A stretch of 19,375 bases of DNA, from assembly GCA_039803745.1 (NCBI GenBank), contig JBDRZD010000035.1:1-19375 (forward strand). The letters are read 5' to 3'. Source of the DNA: a candidate division WOR-3 bacterium. Lineage in GTDB: Bacteria; Hydrothermota; Hydrothermia; Hydrothermales; Hydrothermaceae. Positions within the stretch are counted from its first letter, which is position 1, and every line of letters starts with the position of its first letter. This document shows, piece by piece, positions 1 through 7,500 of this stretch. Under the pieces are notes generated by a model. That model was given only the letters and a program-made list of their open reading frames with translations, was not told the DNA's origin and did no database searches. The translations under genes were made by a program, and so were the position numbers.

Positions 1-222
1 TTTAAAAAAGTCAAGTGCATATACGATTTATATACAATTTTTCAAAAAGTATTTAAGAGGTGAAAAAGTGTAAAGGCTTGATGTGGTTTTTGTGGATTAT
101 AACATTTAAATCTTTCCGCAAAAGGATTACCTTTTTAGGTGTCCTGATTTATGAATAATAGCAGAAAAATCATAATTTTTAAAAGCATGGCAATTTGAAT
201 TCTTTCGGTTCATAAAAAATTG

Positions 223-1107
223 TTAAGATAAATTATTTATAATTTCAAAAAAGCCTTTTGTGAATATTATTTCTTTATTTAAAGGCTTTAAAATGCATTT
301 GTCTTTAAAAATTTCTCCTTTTAAAAAAGCCTTCTGTAAAATTGTTTCTTCTTTTAAAATAAACTCAACGATAAAACTTTTTTCACCCTCATAAATATTT
401 TTAAAACTTATAAATTTATTTTCTCCTTTTATTTCTATTTTTTTTACCTTTTCCTTGAAAACACTTAAATTAAAATTTTTTATCAAAAGATGGTCAAATC
501 TTTTACCTGTCAATATATCCTCCCAGTATTTTTCTATATCATTTTTCTTAATAAGATAAAAATCAAAAAAATCTTTTTTCAATTTCCTCCACTTTCTTCC
601 ATACTTTGTTTCATTTGCAAGTTGAATATAAACTTCTGGCGATTTTTCCCTTTTAAAATTTTCAGGAATATTCTCTTCTATATATTCTGCAAGTATTTTC
701 TCATCAGTTATTATAAAAATCTCACCTTCATTTTTTAATACAAAGGATACCCTATCAAAGAATTCTTTATTTAAAAGTCTTCTTTTTTCATGTCTTTTTT
801 TATGCCATGGGTCAGGAAATATTATAAAGATTTTATCAATTGAATTTTTCTTAAAAATATGACCAAGAGCAAAAAAGGCTTCTGAATTTAAAACCCTTAT
901 ATTATTAAATTTAATGAACTTTTTAATTGATTTAAGAATTAAATATCTTGAAATCTCTATTCCTATTAAATTCTCATCAAAAATTTTTGAATAATTAAGA
1001 AGAAAATCTCCTTTTCCAAATCCTATTTCTAAAACTATTTTCTTTTTATAAGGGAAAAAATCTTCTGGGTCTATCCTCTTATTAATTTTTTCCCATTCAA
1101 TTAGCAT
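223..1107 (-). CDS. trmB: tRNA (guanine-N7)-methyltransferase TrmB with ~95-aa C-terminal extension
   Basis: SAM-binding motif VLEIGFGKGDFL, GIE, the TrmB signature FPDPWHKKRHEKRRL, IITD and ETKYGRKW; extra C-terminal domain after ~aa 195. Confidence 0.95.
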   Translation of the reverse strand: MLIEWEKINKRIDPEDFFPYKKKIVLEIGFGKGDFLLNYSKIFDENLIGIEISRYLILKSIKKFIKFNNIRVLNSEAFFALGHIFKKNSIDKIFIIFPDPWHKKRHEKRRLLNKEFFDRVSFVLKNEGEIFIITDEKILAEYIEENIPENFKREKSPEVYIQLANETKYGRKWRKLKKDFFDFYLIKKNDIEKYWEDILTGKRFDHLLIKNFNLSVFKEKVKKIEIKGENKFISFKNIYEGEKSFIVEFILKEETILQKAFLKGEIFKDKCILKPLNKEIIFTKGFFEIINNLS

Positions 1108-1116
1108 TTTAAAATA

Positions 1117-1139
1117 ATTATAATGTATAATAACATTAT
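1117..1139. promoter_or_regulatory. Overlapping divergent -10 boxes for trmB and the FG-GAP gene, with an inverted repeat
   Basis: TATAAT on + at 1119-1124 and 1126-1131, TATAAT on - at 1122-1117; inverted repeat ATAATGT(1120-1126)-N6-ACATTAT(1133-1139). No convincing -35 boxes seen. Confidence 0.55.
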
Positions 1140-2694
1140 GATTAAAATTTATTTAATCTTGTCTTTAATACCCTATGGAAATTCACCAAGTTGGGAAGGA
1201 TGTTCAGGTTACTATTCAACAGGTGGAGGATTTGCTGATATAAATAAGGACTCTTACCTTGATTTTATTGTTTCAAATGGAAATGATATGCAAAGGGAAA
1301 AAAATGCAATTCACTTTAATATAAATGGGATAATTGAAATAAACCCTTCATGGCTTTCATTTGATTCAGAGTATTCAGGGCATCTTTCAATAAATGATTT
1401 TAACAATGATGGATATATTGATTTTGCAGTTAGTAATTACTTAGGACCAGGTGGATTTTCTTCACCTGGAAATGTTCTGATTTACAAAAATTTAAATGGA
1501 AATGTTAATCCAAATCCTTTCTGGAAATCAAAGGATAGCACATATAATTTTTCCTGCGATTTTGGAGATGTTGATGGGGATGGATATGCGGAAATTGCAA
1601 TTGCAGGAGGAGAAAGATATACAAATAAAAAAGAATATATAAAAATTTATAAAAATAATGGTGGAGTTATTGATACATTGCCATATTTTAAATCCCATTA
1701 TAAATATTATGCCTATGATGTTTTATTTTATGATATAAACAAGGATAACTATCTTGATTTAGTTGTTGCCTGTGATGGTGAAAAGAATTTGATTTTTTTC
1801 AATTATAATGGAGAACTTGAAACAATCCCCTCATGGAGTTCAATTGATTCAGAGGGCTCAATTCAAGTTGATGCTGGTGATATTGATAATAATGGTTTTC
1901 CTGATTTGATATTTGCAAATAATGGACAACTGCCACCTTATTCAAGCAATTTAAAGATTTATTTAAATCAAAATGGGTTCCCAAATACAAATCCTGATTA
2001 TATTTTGGACCAGAGTAAACATTATTATTCAACTGTTTCATTATGTGATATTGATTATGATGGAGATTTAGATATAGGCGGTGGCGGATGGTGGGAACCT
2101 CTTGTAATTTTTGAAAATTTTGGAGGCTTTTTTCATTCAAGTCCTGACTGGCAATGGTCTCCCCCAAATCCACAAAATCTTGTTTGTGAAAAAGTAACAT
2201 TTACAGAAATTGATAAAATATGGATTTTAAAAGAAGATACATTTATAAGAGGAGAAAATATGCCAGTTTATACTTTAAAGTTTAGAAATTTATGTGAAAT
2301 TGAAAATGTTATTAAAATTGATTCAGGAATTAATTTGATAATTCAAAGAAATTTTTATACATATTCCCTTGAATCAGGATGGATTTCAATAAATAAAAAT
2401 ATAACTCAAAATTATGATACATTTTTAATAAAATATAAGATTCCATCAAGTTATGATATAAGCATAACAAACTGGGAGGAATCAAGGGGAAATTTTTACT
2501 TTCTTTCAAATTTACAAAATATAACTGAAAAGTATGAAAAATTTGAAAATAAAGAAAGAAAATGTATAATAGTTTATAAGGGGTTTAAAAAGGAAATTTT
2601 TGATCTATCAGGGAAAAAAAATAAATATTTAAAAAATGGAATTGGATTTATAAGGGATAAGGCAGGAAAAACAAAAGTTATTATCCTTCAATAA
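1138..2694 (+). CDS. Secreted FG-GAP/VCBS-repeat (Ca-binding beta-propeller) protein with degenerate T9SS CTD-like C-terminus
   Basis: Six DxxxDG-type repeats (DINKDSYLD, DFNNDGYID, DVDGDGYAE, DINKDNYLD, DIDNNGFPD, DIDYDGDLD) at ~50-55 aa spacing; hydrophobic N-terminus MIKIYLILSLI; C-terminal IFDLSGK...LKNGIGFI...TKVIIL. The ORF track starts at ATG 1123, but ATG 1138 is preferred because 1123 lies inside a TATAAT box (1119-1124) and 1138 is 6 nt after TATAAT 1126-1131. Confidence 0.85.
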   Translation: MIKIYLILSLIPYGNSPSWEGCSGYYSTGGGFADINKDSYLDFIVSNGNDMQREKNAIHFNINGIIEINPSWLSFDSEYSGHLSINDFNNDGYIDFAVSNYLGPGGFSSPGNVLIYKNLNGNVNPNPFWKSKDSTYNFSCDFGDVDGDGYAEIAIAGGERYTNKKEYIKIYKNNGGVIDTLPYFKSHYKYYAYDVLFYDINKDNYLDLVVACDGEKNLIFFNYNGELETIPSWSSIDSEGSIQVDAGDIDNNGFPDLIFANNGQLPPYSSNLKIYLNQNGFPNTNPDYILDQSKHYYSTVSLCDIDYDGDLDIGGGGWWEPLVIFENFGGFFHSSPDWQWSPPNPQNLVCEKVTFTEIDKIWILKEDTFIRGENMPVYTLKFRNLCEIENVIKIDSGINLIIQRNFYTYSLESGWISINKNITQNYDTFLIKYKIPSSYDISITNWEESRGNFYFLSNLQNITEKYEKFENKERKCIIVYKGFKKEIFDLSGKKNKYLKNGIGFIRDKAGKTKVIILQ

Positions 2695-3622
2695 TTTTTC
2701 TCATCTTCTCTCTTATTATATCAAGTCTTTTCTTTATCTCTTCTTGCTCAACTTTTTTAAGTTCAATTGATTCTTTCAATTTTTCTTCTTCAGATTTAAG
2801 TTCCTCTATTCTCTTTTCAAGTTCTATTCTCTTATCTTCAAGTTCTCTTACCATCTTTCCTATTTCTGATTCAAGGGCTTCTTTTTTTCTCATTTCAAGT
2901 TCTGCTTTTGCTTTCTCTATCTCTTCCTCTATTTTCTTTTTATCCTCCTTAAGTTTTTCTATATCCTTTAAAACTTTTTCCTTTTCCTTTTTAATTTCTT
3001 CAAGGCTTAAAAAGGCTCTGTGTTCTTTTTCATAAACTGCGAATTGTCTCTGTATATCAGAAAAAATAACAGTCTGGATTAAAATTAATATAATTATAAA
3101 AAGGATTATTCCAACACCTGCAACTTTTGCCAAAAAATCAAAAGGTAAAGCAACTTTTTCCTTTTGTATTTTTAAACCAAGATGAATCTCACCAATTTTT
3201 ACATCCTTTTCTTCTGTTTTGAAAATTACTGGTGCTATAATCTCTGTAATTTCTCCAACATTTTTTATCTCACTATTTAAATTCTTAAGCATGGAAAAGT
3301 TATAAAAAGAAGAAAAATTCCTGCCAATCTCATTTTCTTTTAAAGAACCTATTATCTTTCCATCTCTATCTATCACCACAAAATAAGCAATCTTCTCATC
3401 TTTTTCCATTGTCTTTATTCTATTTGTAATTACTTCAAAATTTTCATCAATAATAAAATCAACTAATGTAGTTGCAAGGCTTTCTAGATTTGTTCTGTAC
3501 AAATTTATAACATTTTCCTCAGGCTCACTTTTCTTTTCAGGATAAAAATAATATACTGAGAAAACAATTCCTATAAGAAAAATTAGATTAAAAAGAAATA
3601 TTAAAATTTTATATTTACTCAT
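2681..3622 (-). CDS. Two-TM membrane protein with extracytoplasmic single-Cache/PDC-like domain and cytoplasmic coiled coil
   Basis: TM1 at aa ~6-27; periplasmic segment with Cache-like pattern IAYFVVIDRDGKIIG...EIIAPV...KIGEIHLG; TM2 at aa ~164-187; then ~120 aa of E/K-rich heptads. No kinase, MCP or GGDEF motif. Confidence 0.75.
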   Translation of the reverse strand: MSKYKILIFLFNLIFLIGIVFSVYYFYPEKKSEPEENVINLYRTNLESLATTLVDFIIDENFEVITNRIKTMEKDEKIAYFVVIDRDGKIIGSLKENEIGRNFSSFYNFSMLKNLNSEIKNVGEITEIIAPVIFKTEEKDVKIGEIHLGLKIQKEKVALPFDFLAKVAGVGIILFIIILILIQTVIFSDIQRQFAVYEKEHRAFLSLEEIKKEKEKVLKDIEKLKEDKKKIEEEIEKAKAELEMRKKEALESEIGKMVRELEDKRIELEKRIEELKSEEEKLKESIELKKVEQEEIKKRLDIIREKMRKIIEG

Positions 3623-3636
3623 ATTTTAAATTATAA

Positions 3637-3665
3637 ATTATACAAAAAAAAATTTTTTTTGTCAA
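3637..3665 (-). promoter_or_regulatory. Consensus sigma70-type promoter for the Cache-like gene
   Basis: Minus strand reads TTGACA (3665-3660), a 17-nt spacer (3659-3643) and TATAAT (3642-3637), a perfect consensus; a second TATAAT lies at 3635-3630. Confidence 0.85.
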
Positions 3666-3682
3666 ATAGAAAAAATAAAAAT

Positions 3683-4507
3683 TTAATCCCTTAAAACCCT
3701 CATTGAAAGGTCTATCCATTTTGAAGAATGGGTTAGATAACCAATTGAAATATAATCTATTTTTAGATCTTTATAATCCAGAATATTTTCAAGATTTATG
3801 CCACCAGAAACCTCTATTTCGCATTTTCCATCACATATTTTTATAACTTCTTTAATTTCATCAATTGACATATTATCCAAAAGTAAGATATCAGCTCCAT
3901 ATTCTATTGCTTCTTTTGCCTCCTCAAGATTTTTTACTTCGATCTCTATCTTCATTCCAGGTGGTTTATTTTTCTTCATATTTAAAATTGCATTCTTTAT
4001 TCCTCCTGCAAATATTATGTGATTATCTTTAATAAGTATGCCTGAATCAAGGGATAACCTGTGATTAAACCCGCCACCTGTTTTTACTGCATATTTTTCA
4101 AAAATTCTTAAACCAGGTATTGTTTTCCTTGTATCTAAAATTTTTATCTTGCTTCCCTTTAATTTTTCAACAAATTTCCTTGTAGTTGTTGCTATACCAC
4201 TTAATCTCATTAAAAAATTCAAAATAACTCTCTCTGACTTTAAGATGCCTTTTGCACTTCCTTTTATTTTTATTAAATCCTCTCCCTCCCTAAATTCTTC
4301 ACCATCCTTTTTAAAAAATTCTATTTCAAAATTTCCAAAATACTTGATTATTTCAGGAACAAATATGCTTCCTGCAAGAATTCCTTTTTCTTTTGAATAT
4401 ACAATCCCGATTCCTTCAAAATCTTCTTCAATAACTCCATCAGTTGTTATATCACCTTTACCTATATCTTCTTCTATCCATATTCTTATATATTTATCTA
4501 TATTCAT
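3683..4507 (-). CDS. nadC: Quinolinate phosphoribosyltransferase (nicotinate-nucleotide diphosphorylase, carboxylating)
   Basis: EEDIGKGDITT, ERVILNFLMRLSGIAT, LDTRKTIPG, NHRLSL, LIKDNH, EIEV, LLDNM, EVSGG, ISIGYLTHS; TAATG overlap with the upstream gene. Confidence 0.97.
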   Translation of the reverse strand: MNIDKYIRIWIEEDIGKGDITTDGVIEEDFEGIGIVYSKEKGILAGSIFVPEIIKYFGNFEIEFFKKDGEEFREGEDLIKIKGSAKGILKSERVILNFLMRLSGIATTTRKFVEKLKGSKIKILDTRKTIPGLRIFEKYAVKTGGGFNHRLSLDSGILIKDNHIIFAGGIKNAILNMKKNKPPGMKIEIEVKNLEEAKEAIEYGADILLLDNMSIDEIKEVIKICDGKCEIEVSGGINLENILDYKDLKIDYISIGYLTHSSKWIDLSMRVLRD

Positions 4508-7500
4508 TAGAACCTAAAGGATGCTCCTACAAGAATTTTGAAATGACCACTTCCAATCCCTGTTCTTTTATCAAGATATTTTATATATTCAATTGAGCCA
4601 GCACCTGTAATATCTTTTGTAAGTGCATAATTTAAGTCAATGTTGAAATTTGTAGAACTACGATGATCAATCCTGTTACCTGCTGCGGACTTTGTTTCAC
4701 TTAAACTGAATCTCAAATTAACATTTAGTTGACTCTTTAGCTTCAAAATGCTTGTTTTTGAAAAAGGAAGTCTTATTCCCTTTGGATTACTATAAGAAAA
4801 TTCAAAGGAGCCTGAAAATGTCCTTGTTTCACTATTTGAGGAATAACTTGCTGTCTGTGTTATTGACCTTCCTGTTCTTTTATTTAAATTGTAAGATAAA
4901 TTAAATCCAACACCATTTCTCAATCTACCCTGAAAGCTTAAAAGAGGAGAAAAGTTATTTGATTCATTAATATTTAAAGAGGTAAAGGATCTTGTTTTTT
5001 CAATCTCTTTTGTATATCCTGATTGAAAATTAAGGGAACTTAAATATTTCTTTAACCCTTCAAATTTCATATGAATCGCTGAAACTGTTAAATCAATTGA
5101 GGGGAATTGAATCCTGTGTGTCTTTGAAGGTGGAGAATTAAATGGTCTTGTTATTCTATCACCTGTTTCATATTTTAAATCTATACTTAAAAGTTCAAAG
5201 TCAAAACCTGTTGAAACACTTTTTGTTTCATTTTCAACTATATTATTGGATAAAGAATATGGAGATGTGGAATCAAAAGGAATTTTATGGGTAAAACCAA
5301 ATCTATAATAATAATCAGGCAATTTTCTTAAACTGTAATAACTGCTTTGAAAACTCTTTGTATAACTTAAATTGAAGGGATTTATATTTTTTAGAAATTT
5401 AAAACCTTCTTTTGCTTCTTTTTTAGTAAAAGATATTATCTTATCAATAATTTTAACAAAATCAAGGCTTGAACTAAAATTATAAGAAGAACTTGATGAG
5501 ACATTGTCCCATGGAATTTTTACAATAGAATCACTAACATTTGTATTTCTTGTGGAATTAAAATTAGAGTTATAACCAGAAGAAAATGAATTAATAAATT
5601 CCCTAAAAATATAGGGTAAGGTTGGTCTATAATTCAAAGAGAAATTCTGTGAGAAACTTCCCATCTCTCCCCACCACCTTCCTCTTACACTTTCCCTTCT
5701 AAGATCATACTTCTGGGAAGAGGAAAAGCTTAAATCGGTACTCCTTAATGGCCTAAAGGAGATTCCCTCAGAAGGATTGAGAATTAAATTTTTCATACTT
5801 CTATCTTTCATATAAGAAGAATCCCGAAAAGTATATACCCTCTGAATTGATGAACTATAATCAAGAGAAGTATTTAAGTTTGTTGGGAATGGATTTATTT
5901 CCTGTCCAAGAAATTTAAAACCTGAAAAAATTATTGGAAGGGAATAGCTTGCTCTTGAACTAAAATTTCTTAATGTATCAAGAGTCAATGGGTCTTTCTT
6001 GTAATTCTCCATTTTTCTAAGATTCAATGAAATTTTATCAATTGTATATTGGAGAATTTTATTTTTAGAACCTGATTTTGAAAAATCAATTGCAAAACTT
6101 TTTTCAAGTCTGTCTGTTTTATTCAATCTACTTTCCCCTGGTGTTAATATAATATCAGAGGCTGGCATATATTTTGGAAGTTCATAGGTTCTTTTATAGC
6201 CGATACTTAAAGGAATATTGAACCCTTCTGCTGGAATAAATTTATTTAAATACAGGGTTGTGCTTATATCATATAGATAATGGGTTGAAAGAGCGGAAAA
6301 TGAACCCGGAGAGTAATTTAAGTCCCTAAAACCTGCTTGAAAATTTTCATATCTCAGACTATAATTTAATAGATCTGCAAAATTACCATTTAAAGAGGTT
6401 TCAACTCTATATCGAGATTCTTTAAAAGGTTCACTCACTCTAAATTCATCAATCCACACTTCACCAGTAATTTCTTCGCCTGACAAATTTAAGATTCCAA
6501 AAGAATATTTAGAAACTGCTTGTAAATTTGGATTACCTTTAACAAAGTAAGAAGGATAATCCGGGTTTTGATAAAGAAAATTTATTTTATCAGCCGGTCT
6601 TTTACTTTTTGTATTAATAAATTTGAGAGGATCAATCTCTATATTAACCCACAAGCCTTTTGGGAGAGCCTCCCTGTATTCATAATAATTTAAAGTGTCA
6701 ACTCCACTATAAAATCTAACTATAAAATATTTTAACGAAGATAAATTTAATTTATCAACCCTTACCCATAATTTTATTTTATTATAAGAATTTATTATAT
6801 TTTCAGATCTGTAACTTACCCTTGTTGCTTTTGCAAAATGTGTATTTTTTAAATTTTCAAACTTTAAAACTAATGATGCTTCCCTTTCAATTGCTCCTGT
6901 CATAGGGTCTTTGTAAAATTTCATTGGCGGTGGCTCATAAAAGCTATGTTCCTTATTATTATAAGTTGTGACATAGAATTTTTCATTCAAAGTATCAACT
7001 GGAATTTTTTTTGGACCTGCCATAAATATTCCATCTTTTATGTATCTATTACCAACAATTTTAATTGAGGCAATATAAATTGTGTCTTCAGAGGTTAAAT
7101 TTGAAATCCATATTCTCCCAAATTTTATCCTTGACAAATCAGGATTTCCTATCCTTTTGCATCTCAATGTATCATTTAAATAAATTCTATAAATTTTAAA
7201 TCCAGCAGGACTTTTATAATAGTAAGTGGTATCATTTTTAAGGTCTATAACATATTCAAAAAGATTATCAGGTTCGTCTATTCTTCCATCTCTATCAAGA
7301 TCTTCTTCATCTAATTTTGTATTATTTTCAGTTCCATTAATTTTTTCTATATTATCAAGGTCATAGTCATCATTTCCATCATCACCTGGTTTTGATTCAC
7401 TGTCTCTGCCTTTAATACCATCAAGGCCTGTATCTTCATCAGGATCAAGTTGCCCATTATTATTTTTGTCCTCTGTATCCCTCTTTAAAGAGTCTCCTTT

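Noticed and set aside
120..136. Hairpin AAAAGG-ATTA-CCTTTT as the trmB terminator
   Set aside because: Only two GC pairs, ~90 nt from the stop, and no separate U-tract on the minus strand; too weak to call.
490..738. 82-aa + strand ORF
   Set aside because: Antisense shadow of trmB; the Phe/Ile-rich composition is what the reverse complement of Lys/Glu codons gives.
1123..1137. ATG 1123 as start of the FG-GAP gene
   Set aside because: It lies inside a TATAAT box with no SD; ATG 1138 gives a cleaner N-terminus and fits the -10 spacing. Not proven.
1799..2200. 133-aa - strand ORF
   Set aside because: Fully antisense to the FG-GAP gene, with no recognisable motif or RBS.
3798..4517. Two + strand ORFs (74 and 122 aa)
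   Set aside because: Antisense shadows of nadC.
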